DNA of 40,502 nt from a virus (taxonomy: Duplodnaviria; Caudoviricetes): IMG/VR virus record IMGVR_UViG_3300040733_000115, positions 1-40,502 of that record; one strand, 5' to 3'. The notes beneath the pieces are model-generated. The model did no database searches. It saw nothing but the letters and a program-made list of their open reading frames with translations, and had not been told where the DNA came from. Position numbers and translations under genes: made by a program. Below are positions 1-7,940 of the stretch, piece by piece (position 1 is the first letter of the stretch; the number at the start of each line of letters is the position of its first letter).

Positions 1-219
1 ATGCTTGCAATCACAGAGAGTAAGCACGGCTATGAATGGATGGCCAGGGGAGGGAAGTGGATCCCGGTGGAAAAGATGAATAACCAGCACCTGGTCAACG
101 CGATAATGAAGCTCGAACGCACACAGAAGACTGCCACGAAAAGCTATTCTGTACTGATAGAAGAAGCACAGCGGAGGCACCTTGATACGAAAACAAAGTT
201 ACCCTTTTGCACATGTTAG
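1..219 (+). CDS. Hypothetical phage protein (72 aa)
   Basis: ORF overlapping the next gene start; no recognisable motif. Confidence 0.6.
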   Translation: MLAITESKHGYEWMARGGKWIPVEKMNNQHLVNAIMKLERTQKTATKSYSVLIEEAQRRHLDTKTKLPFCTC

Positions 220-695
220 TGTGCGCCAGGTGCGATAGCCCGAATATAGCGCCCCGCTATGATCCGACTGAGCGCAGGGCAATAGATACCTGCCTTATGT
301 GCGGTTCAGAAAAATTTAAGGAAATAGAAAAGGAGGCAATCATGACACATAAACGGTGTTCAACCCCGGGATGCGAGAAGCAGGCTGTTAAAGATGGGCT
401 CTGTACTAAATGTTACAGAAAAAAACATGGTCATGGCCCATATGAAAAAAAGGATAATAAACCGGCTCAACCCAAGAAAGAAAGGAAAATAAACATTAAG
501 GTTAAAGGTAATGTGATTGACCAGGGTAAGCTCGCGGGGGCAATTGCGGGGGCAATAAAGGTCAATGAGCATACCGTTACCATAGATTTCTCTGATCATA
601 TGGATCTGCATCGTGTTATTGAAAAGAAAGCAAAAGAAGAGTTTCGTACTGTCTCCGGGCAGATCCTTTTTTGCATGAATGCAATTCATGAATAA
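213..695 (+). CDS. Zn-ribbon protein with C-terminal Arc/ribbon-helix-helix-like DNA-binding domain
   Basis: CxxC..CxxC and CxxxxC..CxxC clusters; C-terminus VTIDFSDHMDLHRVIEKKAKEEFRTVSGQILF resembles Arc-type RHH; alternative start at 342 with AGGAGG RBS. Confidence 0.6.
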   Translation: MLVCARCDSPNIAPRYDPTERRAIDTCLMCGSEKFKEIEKEAIMTHKRCSTPGCEKQAVKDGLCTKCYRKKHGHGPYEKKDNKPAQPKKERKINIKVKGNVIDQGKLAGAIAGAIKVNEHTVTIDFSDHMDLHRVIEKKAKEEFRTVSGQILFCMNAIHE

Positions 696-930
696 TCCTC
701 TCTTTCTCAAATTCCGCGCCCTGATAGCCTGGTGCGACCAGCAATTTGACAAGACCCAGGTGTCAATAGGGGATGTTATAGACTGCCTGCCTAACTACGG
801 CCGCGCTATCAAACATATGATTAACGAGATGGAGCAGGCCTATTTTTCAGACAATCCCCACGCCATGGACGAGGCCACGGAAAAAATCAAGAGGCTCTAT
901 CTCAAGGGCGCAGCGAGGATGCCATCATGA
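688..930 (+). CDS. Hypothetical protein
   Basis: ORF overlapping both neighbours (ATGA overlap at 927-930). Confidence 0.6.
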   Translation: MNNPLFLKFRALIAWCDQQFDKTQVSIGDVIDCLPNYGRAIKHMINEMEQAYFSDNPHAMDEATEKIKRLYLKGAARMPS

Positions 931-1568
931 AAGAGCTGAAACATTTCAATGCCGGCCACGTATGGGGCAAGGTCATCAAGGCCGAAGAGAAAAAGACAAA
1001 GGACAAGCATACACCTTTTATCGATCTGGAGATCGACTGCGGCCACCCCGAGCACGGCAATGTCCATGCATACGGCCGCCTGTGGGGGAAAGAGAAGTGC
1101 GCCGCCTTCATGGATTATCTTAAGGACCATAAAGACTTTGTCTTCCGGTTCAAGGGATATTACGGCCAGTATATCGACCATGACAAGCGATACAGCAGCT
1201 ACACGTTTTATGACTTTATACGGCCTGATGAAATTTTTAAGACAGGGACAAAAAATAACGAGCCAAGGGCTGCATTTATTCTGACCGGCGAGCTCATCGA
1301 GAAGGGATTAGATGCCGACGCAGATCCAAGGCTGATGATGAATGTGGTCCGGTCAGGAAAAGAAACGTCCTCTGAGGACTCCCTGGAGGTTTTCCTTTTC
1401 GAGCTGGATGGTTTTTACGACATCGAGCCGGGAGATCTCATCGAGGTCCGCGGAGTCCTCAGGAAGAGATCCGCGGAAGATTTTTACGGCGGATCCACCG
1501 ACGACACGATCAAACCATACGTCATGTTCCTGAAAAAGAGGCGGAGCGGTGAGAAAAGTGCGGTATGA
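927..1568 (+). CDS. Putative single-stranded DNA-binding protein with two OB-fold-like repeats
   Basis: Two SSB-like halves (NAGHVWGKV..RLWG..FKGYY; AAFILTGEL..PGDLIEVRGVLR); lies upstream of the primase. Confidence 0.6.
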   Translation: MKELKHFNAGHVWGKVIKAEEKKTKDKHTPFIDLEIDCGHPEHGNVHAYGRLWGKEKCAAFMDYLKDHKDFVFRFKGYYGQYIDHDKRYSSYTFYDFIRPDEIFKTGTKNNEPRAAFILTGELIEKGLDADADPRLMMNVVRSGKETSSEDSLEVFLFELDGFYDIEPGDLIEVRGVLRKRSAEDFYGGSTDDTIKPYVMFLKKRRSGEKSAV

Positions 1569-1631
1569 AAAAACAGGACGCTCAAATTTGCATTGTAGAG
1601 CGTTTTTAAGGGGAGGGGGGCTACTACACCA

Positions 1632-1847
1632 TTGATACCATCTAGAAAACGCGAAACTGAAAAGGTAGCGATCCGGCAGCCGGCAAAACGCATGGCAATT
1701 GTCAGGAGTATTTTAGGCCAGGTGAAAAAATTGAGCGATACGGCCGGGAAGATGGGTCTTGTCGTGACGGTGGTGTTCCGCTCCAAAGACGGCAGACAGA
1801 CACACCTGCAGATAGGAGGCAGAGTCAATGACCGACATAGTATATGA
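1632..1847 (+). CDS. Hypothetical protein (start uncertain, possibly 1692)
   Basis: Fills a gap in a co-oriented cluster; no motif. Confidence 0.35.
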   Translation: MIPSRKRETEKVAIRQPAKRMAIVRSILGQVKKLSDTAGKMGLVVTVVFRSKDGRQTHLQIGGRVNDRHSI

Positions 1848-2025
1848 AGATCGTAAAAAGTTTTTCGATGAAGGTTGCCCGTTCTGTAAATCGAAATCAT
1901 TTTTAGAAGGCCCTCATGGAGGGCTATCAATCAATTTTAAGTGTGCTAATCCTGAGTGCGGAGCGGTATTTAACGATATGGGGCTATTTGGGGTAGAGCT
2001 AATAGAGGAACCGATACGACCATGA
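1828..2025 (+). CDS. Small Zn-ribbon protein
   Basis: CPFC...CANPEC; AGGAGG RBS upstream. Confidence 0.65.
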   Translation: MTDIVYEDRKKFFDEGCPFCKSKSFLEGPHGGLSINFKCANPECGAVFNDMGLFGVELIEEPIRP

Positions 2026-2252
2026 GTTTTACAGAGCCTAAATTAACGGAGGCCATGAAGTCGTTTATGCAATGGCGCCGGTATCGCATCCGTCACGTCC
2101 CAACCAATAGGTGGTGGGAAGGTCACGCACAATCGCCTGAGGATGCCGTCAGGTATGCGAGAGAGGATAACAGGATTTTCCGTGAAGGAGAGCTCGACAT
2201 TAAAGTGAAAACCCGCAACGGCTGTGGAGGATGGGCAAAGGTACGTGTCTGA
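2022..2252 (+). CDS. Hypothetical protein
   Basis: ATGA overlap with the upstream gene; stop overlaps the primase start region. Confidence 0.6.
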   Translation: MSFTEPKLTEAMKSFMQWRRYRIRHVPTNRWWEGHAQSPEDAVRYAREDNRIFREGELDIKVKTRNGCGGWAKVRV

Positions 2253-5250
2253 TTTTGAAAGGGTAAAAGAACGACTCGACATCCAGCAGGTCATCGAGGA
2301 GTCGACCGGCTTCGCGATGAAAAAGCATCATCTCGAGGAGTGCCCTTTTTGCGGCGGTCATGCATGTTTTAGTATCGACCGCGAGAAAGGCTTCTATAAG
2401 TGCTTCCAGTGTCCCGCCACCGGTGACGTCTTTACCTTCCTGGAAAATTACTACAATGTAGACAAAGCGGAAGCCCTCCGGAGAGCTGCGGAGCTCGCTG
2501 GCATTGCGCTCACCGAAAAGAAACATAAAGACCCGAAGCTCACAACAAAGGAGAGGATCTTTCTCACAGCCGCAGAGTATTATCACACCCTTGCCGTCTC
2601 AAACGGCGGCAAAACCTATTACATCGAACAGCGCGGCCACAGCGAGGAATCTCTTAAGGCCATGAAGGTAGGATGGTCAGACGGTGGCCTGGCGGATCAC
2701 CTGGCGCAAAAGGGATTTGCTCCGGGAGACATTAAAGCCTCCGGACTTGTAAAAAAGACGTCCTCGAACGGCTCCGGCCTGGTTGACTTTTTCGCGCGAA
2801 ACCTCGCCGTATTTCCTCACTGGCTTGACGGCCGGGTCCTCCACTTCACGATGAAGGACCCGCAAAAGAAGCATATGTATCAACTCCCTGCAGAGGCTCG
2901 CGCGAAGGAATGGCGGTTTTACAACCAGGGAGCGCTCGCGCGATTCGGCGAGGTCATCGTTGTCGAAGGGGAGAACGATCTCCTTTCCGTGCTCGATGCC
3001 GGCATCGGTCATGTCATCGGCCTCATAGGCCAGCCCTCAGATGATCAGATTAAGACGCTGCGGGTACATTGCGCCAAGAAGCATATTTACCTATGGCTCG
3101 ACAACGACGAGGATCCTGAGAAGCCTCTGACGAAAGGGAAAGGCTTCGTCAGGAAGATCTGCACCGAGCTCGCCGGCGAACAGAATATACACATCATCAC
3201 CTATCCGGAGGAATATAAAGATCCGGACGATTACATCAGGGCATATACAGGCGATCGCAAACGCGAGATCAAGCGGCTCCAGGAAGAAGCTGTCGATTAC
3301 ATCACATGGGAGATTGCAGAGATCGCGAAGCTGGAGGGGCTTGATAAACGACTAACGGCACTGGAAGGCCGGAAGGTTTTCGCGGCGCTCGCGGAAATGA
3401 TGGAGGTGACCCAACTCGTTTACATCGAAAAGCTCGAAGCGATCGGGTTCACCCGGAAGGCTATCCAGGAAAAGATCGAGGTGAGCCACGAGCTGGGGCG
3501 CGCCCTCGAGCTCTACTTTCATACCCTTCAAAACAAGAGGGAGGGAGATCCTAACCTTGTCGCGCAGATCGTCTTCAAACACCTGAGCAAACAGGGGCGT
3601 TTTTTCCGGGACAGCGAGCATAGGACATACCTGTTCTACCAGCACTTTATCTATGAGATCGGTAACAACAGGCCGTTCAACGCCCTGATGAAACGGACGA
3701 CGAAACTGCTTCCGACAAAGGAGCCGGGGCGATCGGTCTGGGAAAGCATTGCATCGGAGGCATACAACGCCGGGACCAAGATCGACCTGGAAGGATGGAT
3801 CCACACGGACCGTAATACCGACACGCTGTTCATAAACCTGAACGGCGTGAACAATTCCATACTCAAGGTCTCACGTGAGTGTATTGAGGAGATCCCGAAC
3901 GGGCTGAACGATGATGGGATATTACTCCGGTCTTCCCGGAAGATCCTGCCGCTCAACTTTCTTCCCGATGTGTCCGTAAAGGAAGGCATGCAGGCCCTGA
4001 AAGAGACCGTCTTCGATAACCTGCCTTGTGAGCGGGAAAACAGGTATCTGGTCCTTTGCTGGTTTATGACTGCCTTCCTGCTCGACTTCGCGCCGTACAT
4101 GGCGCTGATGAAATTTTCAGGCCCCACTAACTCCGGCAAGACGACGGCGGCAAAGCTTCTTTCGCTGTTGATCTACGGCAGCGAGCACCTGGGTGATCCG
4201 AGCACTGCGGCGATGTATGCGGTGAGCTCGCAGAATCCGCTTTTGATCGTCGACAACCTGGAGAGTGACGACATCACAAAAAGCGGCCTCAAGTTCCTTC
4301 TGCTCAGTGCGACAAAAGGCGGCAAGGAGAAGCGCACCCAGGGAACCGAGACGGGGACGACAGAAGAGGTCCCGAAGGCCCTTGTGCTGATCACGGCGAT
4401 CGAGCCATTTACGAAAGCGGAGCTGATCAACAGGACCTATGATGTCGAGTACAGCGCAAAATTCAAAAGTGACGATTTTATAGAGGACGAGGTTATCAGA
4501 CAACTCGTGAAGAAGCGGGACCTCATACTGAGCGCTATCATCAGGTTCATTCAGAAAGACGTCCTTCCAAACCTCGCAAAGAGAAGGGACTATATTACCA
4601 TCCTGAAAAAAGAATATAAGGGTCATGCCAAGAACAGGACCGACGAGTTTATGGCCTTGCTCATGCTGATCCTGGAAAAGCTGGTGAAGTATATCCCTTA
4701 TTACGAAGAGGGGAATGTGTTTTATGGTCTTGAGGATGGAGACGACGATATACATAAAGCGTGGATCGAGTATCAGGATGCGAAGGCAAAGGATACAGAG
4801 ACAGCTACAAACTCAATTATTAAGATGCTCGACGGGCTGGTCTCTGAGTGTTTATTAAGAATGAAGTCTCTGGAAAAGATCGATACGGTGGATCACAAAG
4901 ACTATGTGGAAGAAGTCTATATCTACCAGCACCCGGAGTACGGCCTTGAGATCATCAAGACAAAGCCTGAGGTCTGTACTGATGAGGACGGGCAGGAATA
5001 TATGAAAACATTTGTCGAGTTCATCACCACGCCAAAGGACTTAGTTATGGCCTTTGACCGGTTCTGTAGGAACAACGGCATCCGGAACCCATACAGTACG
5101 GCAGGGGTTTTCGGGCAGCGGTTGAAGAACGACCGGCATCTATTCACCAAAGGAAATTGGGAAATTATTAGCCAGGAAGGGCATGAGCCATACTGGAAGG
5201 TTGTAAAAGGAGAAAGGTTTTGGAGATTCAGAAAGACGATCATTCGATAG
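2245..5250 (+). CDS. dnaG: DnaG-type primase (Zn finger + TOPRIM) fused to a P-loop NTPase/helicase (about 1000 aa)
   Basis: CPFCGGH..CFQC zinc finger; VEGEND, LDND and KDPDDY TOPRIM motifs; Walker A GPTNSGKT, Walker B-like LLIVDN; likely GTG start at 2245 (ORF open from 2224). Confidence 0.9.
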   Translation: MSDFERVKERLDIQQVIEESTGFAMKKHHLEECPFCGGHACFSIDREKGFYKCFQCPATGDVFTFLENYYNVDKAEALRRAAELAGIALTEKKHKDPKLTTKERIFLTAAEYYHTLAVSNGGKTYYIEQRGHSEESLKAMKVGWSDGGLADHLAQKGFAPGDIKASGLVKKTSSNGSGLVDFFARNLAVFPHWLDGRVLHFTMKDPQKKHMYQLPAEARAKEWRFYNQGALARFGEVIVVEGENDLLSVLDAGIGHVIGLIGQPSDDQIKTLRVHCAKKHIYLWLDNDEDPEKPLTKGKGFVRKICTELAGEQNIHIITYPEEYKDPDDYIRAYTGDRKREIKRLQEEAVDYITWEIAEIAKLEGLDKRLTALEGRKVFAALAEMMEVTQLVYIEKLEAIGFTRKAIQEKIEVSHELGRALELYFHTLQNKREGDPNLVAQIVFKHLSKQGRFFRDSEHRTYLFYQHFIYEIGNNRPFNALMKRTTKLLPTKEPGRSVWESIASEAYNAGTKIDLEGWIHTDRNTDTLFINLNGVNNSILKVSRECIEEIPNGLNDDGILLRSSRKILPLNFLPDVSVKEGMQALKETVFDNLPCERENRYLVLCWFMTAFLLDFAPYMALMKFSGPTNSGKTTAAKLLSLLIYGSEHLGDPSTAAMYAVSSQNPLLIVDNLESDDITKSGLKFLLLSATKGGKEKRTQGTETGTTEEVPKALVLITAIEPFTKAELINRTYDVEYSAKFKSDDFIEDEVIRQLVKKRDLILSAIIRFIQKDVLPNLAKRRDYITILKKEYKGHAKNRTDEFMALLMLILEKLVKYIPYYEEGNVFYGLEDGDDDIHKAWIEYQDAKAKDTETATNSIIKMLDGLVSECLLRMKSLEKIDTVDHKDYVEEVYIYQHPEYGLEIIKTKPEVCTDEDGQEYMKTFVEFITTPKDLVMAFDRFCRNNGIRNPYSTAGVFGQRLKNDRHLFTKGNWEIISQEGHEPYWKVVKGERFWRFRKTIIR

Positions 5251-5263
5251 GTGCTCAAGGCTG

Positions 5264-5598
5264 GGGTGCAAAGCTCCAACCGAAAGCGATCGATAGAGAT
5301 TCTAATCAAAAAGCACTCTTTAACGCTGATATTTATAACTCATTAATATTATTGAATATATATTTTTTACCTTTCCATCAGGAAATATTTTTGAAACAAC
5401 TATCAAAAACAGCTGCACCTTTGCACCCTTTTAACCTTAAATTCTTTATTATTAATAAGTTAAGTGGGGTGTAATGGATGGTGCAGCAGGGTGCAAAGGG
5501 GTGCAAAGGTGGTGCAATAGACAGCCATCTCGGAGCTTTGCACCCTGACCTAAATCAGCCATCATCAAGGGTTTACCCCCAAATGGTGCAGTGGTGCA
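5264..5598. repeat. Iteron array / putative replication origin (10 copies of GGTGCA in both orientations around AT-rich DNA)
   Basis: GGTGCA at 5265, 5480, 5490, 5500, 5511, 5585, 5593; TGCACC at 5414, 5422, 5539; perfect 14-bp inverted repeat 5264-5277/5532-5545; directly follows the primase-helicase gene. Confidence 0.75.
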
Positions 5599-6094
5599 AA
5601 GGTAAAAAAGGTATCATAACAGTTTTTTTACCTGGGATCCTGCTGATTGAGTATAAAAAAAAGACATTGTTTATACTTAGTTATTTAATAGTGCTGATAT
5701 GCGGTTCATGCAGGCCAGTTAAGGGTTTACGTTACCCTCGCCTCTCTCTCTGTCAACCAGTTTTAGTCATGTGGTTAACGAGACAGACGAAAGGACGAAA
5801 TCAGAGAGCTTGTTTTACTGCACATAATTATAAACTATGCGATAAGAGGTTATTACCATCACCTATTTTCAATTACTTAGGAAGGCCAGTTTGTAAGAAA
5901 ACTGCGATTAAAATTAAATTCATTCTGTTCCTGGAGATCTGTTCGGTCCTCCGATGCCTACCCCCCCATGAAAAAAACCAGTTTTGCCCTGATTCGTCCC
6001 CCCCATTACCGCATATAAATTGTAGCATATCCCAAAACCCCTTTTTGTCTTTAGGTCCGTCTTTAGTTTCTCAGGAAAAGGGGGGCTTGGGGGG

Positions 6095-7060
6095 ATGATG
6101 TCCGGAAAGCTTCTTTCAGACTTTGCCCGCCATTTGAAGGTATTGCAGGCCCTGTCCGATAGCAGCGTGAATGTCTATCTGCAGAAGATCAACGAGTTCC
6201 TGGACTGGCTTACCTCACAGAACCGCCAGCGCATCACGAGAAAGGATATTGAGGACTATCTCGAAGCCTGTTTTTATCACGGCAACTCGAACGCTACGCG
6301 CCTTTCGAAGCTCGTCGCCATCAAGAAGTATTTCCGGTACCTCATATATGCCGGGATTGTCCAGGAGGATCCCACTGAAGAGATCCCGCGCCCCCGCCGG
6401 CGCAAGAAGTTTATAGCGATGTTTACAAAAAATGAGGTCCTCCGGATCTTCGCCGCAATAGATATTAAAACAGAGACTGGTTTGCGTGATGCCGTGATTT
6501 TTATCCTTGCGGTTTTCTGTGGCCTCCGTGCCGGCGAGATCTCCGGTCTCACCCTGCAGGACATCATCGATGTCGGGAAATCGCTTGACGTGCATATCAC
6601 CGGCAAGTTCGACAAAGAAAGGCAGGTCTATCTCTGGAAGGTACCATCGGAACATATCCGCCAGTGGCTCGCCGTACGGATGTCGCAACATGCCCGCGCC
6701 GCCGATCCGCTGATTATCTCCTATCGTCGCGGCGGGCGTCCGCAGGGTAACCGGCTGACCCTTTCAATGCTTGACCGTATTTGTAAAAAATACGCCCAGC
6801 TTGCCGGGATCCAGAAGCCGAAGATCTCGATGCACATGTTCCGCGCGACCCACGCGAACGACCTCAGGTCTGTTGAAGGTTATGACACGCCGGCGATCGC
6901 GGAGCGCCTGGGACATGAGAACATAGCTACAACAAACAATTACATCTCCACGCGCGGCAGGATCCACAAGACGTATCCGAGCCTTGCGGCATACTGGAGA
7001 GAGTTCAACGTAATATGGAGGGAGAATGATGGAGATGACCCTGGGGGGATCAATGCCTAA
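6095..7060 (+). CDS. Tyrosine recombinase (XerC/D-like, no arm-binding domain)
   Basis: Core-binding N-terminal domain; catalytic R (GLRAGE), K (GKFDKER), HxxR (HMFR), H (LGH), Y (TTNNY). Confidence 0.92.
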   Translation: MMSGKLLSDFARHLKVLQALSDSSVNVYLQKINEFLDWLTSQNRQRITRKDIEDYLEACFYHGNSNATRLSKLVAIKKYFRYLIYAGIVQEDPTEEIPRPRRRKKFIAMFTKNEVLRIFAAIDIKTETGLRDAVIFILAVFCGLRAGEISGLTLQDIIDVGKSLDVHITGKFDKERQVYLWKVPSEHIRQWLAVRMSQHARAADPLIISYRRGGRPQGNRLTLSMLDRICKKYAQLAGIQKPKISMHMFRATHANDLRSVEGYDTPAIAERLGHENIATTNNYISTRGRIHKTYPSLAAYWREFNVIWRENDGDDPGGINA

Positions 7061-7340
7061 ATCCGAAAACCGGGCCGCTTTGGACGGACTTTTTCAACGG
7101 CTGTGCTCGGATTTCGGCGAGGCATCTGGATTCTCGATCATCAAAACGATCGTCGAGGAGCTCGGAGGCCTCCGCGTGAGCATACCTGATCTGCAGGATC
7201 TCGAGCGTGAGGAGCGCGATCGCCGGATCACGAGCCTTTTTAACGGCAGGAATTATGCCGAACTTGGCGACCGGTTCGGGCTATCGCCCCGCCAGGTACG
7301 TCATATTGTTGATGGGAAAAGGAGAAAAAGTGAAATTTAA
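7053..7340 (+). CDS. mor: Mor/C-family transcription activator
   Basis: LGGLRVSIP...RDRRI...FNGRNYAELGDRFGLSPRQVRHIV matches the Mu Mor/C signature; overlaps the recombinase stop. Confidence 0.85.
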   Translation: MPKSENRAALDGLFQRLCSDFGEASGFSIIKTIVEELGGLRVSIPDLQDLEREERDRRITSLFNGRNYAELGDRFGLSPRQVRHIVDGKRRKSEI

Positions 7341-7536
7341 CCCTGTAATCGTGATTCTTTTATTTGGCCTTGCCGGTGTCGTACTGAACATTTTTCAGAG
7401 TGTCTGGGGGTATGTGCTGTGGATTCCGACAAACCTTTCCATGGCATACCTGAATCGCAAGAAATGGCCCATAGCCGCGCTTTTTATTGTGTACACGATA
7501 TCGTGCATATGGGGAATCGTGAAATGGAGCAATTGA
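7330..7536 (+). CDS. Small membrane protein, PnuC-like
   Basis: Hydrophobic segments with WGYVLWIPTN and IWGIVKW pattern; GTG start overlapping the mor end. Confidence 0.55.
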   Translation: MKFNPVIVILLFGLAGVVLNIFQSVWGYVLWIPTNLSMAYLNRKKWPIAALFIVYTISCIWGIVKWSN

Positions 7537-7760
7537 CAGAAGTAAAAAACCAGCTCAAAACAGCATTGGTTTGTGCGGCACGTCTCGCCCTTGAAGCCCG
7601 GCTTCTCCGCGAGGCTTCTGCCGACGATAACTTTTCCATGAACTCCATGGACGTCCGCGCTCTCGCAGAAAATTTACAGCAATTGGCGGACCGCACCAGG
7701 GAAGCCATTATTTTTCTCACCCGGGAATTATCCCGGACGAAAAATGAGTTTGTGCAATGA
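7524..7760 (+). CDS. Hypothetical helical/coiled-coil protein
   Basis: ATG at 7524 overlapping the upstream gene. Confidence 0.55.
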   Translation: MEQLTEVKNQLKTALVCAARLALEARLLREASADDNFSMNSMDVRALAENLQQLADRTREAIIFLTRELSRTKNEFVQ

Positions 7761-7790
7761 TCTGCCAGACCGTTTCACGACGGAATGGTA
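7753..7790 (+). promoter_or_regulatory. Putative Mor/C-activated late promoter, copy 1
   Basis: TGCAATGATCTGCCAGACCGTTTCAC-N7-TGGTA; near-identical copies at 18548 and 23498. Confidence 0.7.
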
Positions 7791-7802
7791 TGAAATAGAA
7801 GA

Positions 7803-7892
7803 CGGACAGTAGTCCAGGGAGTTCGCACCTCCCTATTAGACCATGCGTTATAGCGCATGACGGGATAACCCGCTACCATCCGCGTAGTCAGT
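7803..7892 (-). ncRNA. Putative structured antisense RNA (four-way junction)
   Basis: Minus strand: 10-bp closing stem CGGAUGGUAG/CUACUGUCCG (2 G-U pairs) enclosing three hairpins (CGGG-UUAU-CCCG; CAUGCG-CUAUAA-CGCAUG; GGGAG-GUGCGAA-CUCCC); promoter directly upstream. Confidence 0.6.
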
Positions 7893-7898
7893 CGCGAA

Positions 7899-7927
7899 AT
7901 TGTAGCAGGGAAACCCGCCCAGGTCAA
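7899..7927 (-). promoter_or_regulatory. Leftward sigma70-type promoter
   Basis: Minus strand TTGACC (7927-7922), 17-bp spacer, TG-n-TACAAT (7904-7899). Confidence 0.7.
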
Positions 7928-7940
7928 ACGGGAGGTGCCC

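Noticed and set aside
5264-5598. Possible CRISPR array
   Set aside because: Repeats are only 6-14 bp, occur in both orientations and have irregular spacing; no cas genes
5220-6098. ORFs 5220-5474 and 5478-6098 in the ORF track
   Set aside because: They run across the iteron/AT-rich region, translate the repeats (VQQGAKGCKG), and lack an RBS or protein-like composition
7803-7882. tRNA gene (GGGAGTTCGCACCTCCC resembles a T arm)
   Set aside because: Arm order and sizes do not fit a tRNA on either strand: no 7-nt anticodon loop, no D-loop GG, no 7-bp acceptor stem with CCA
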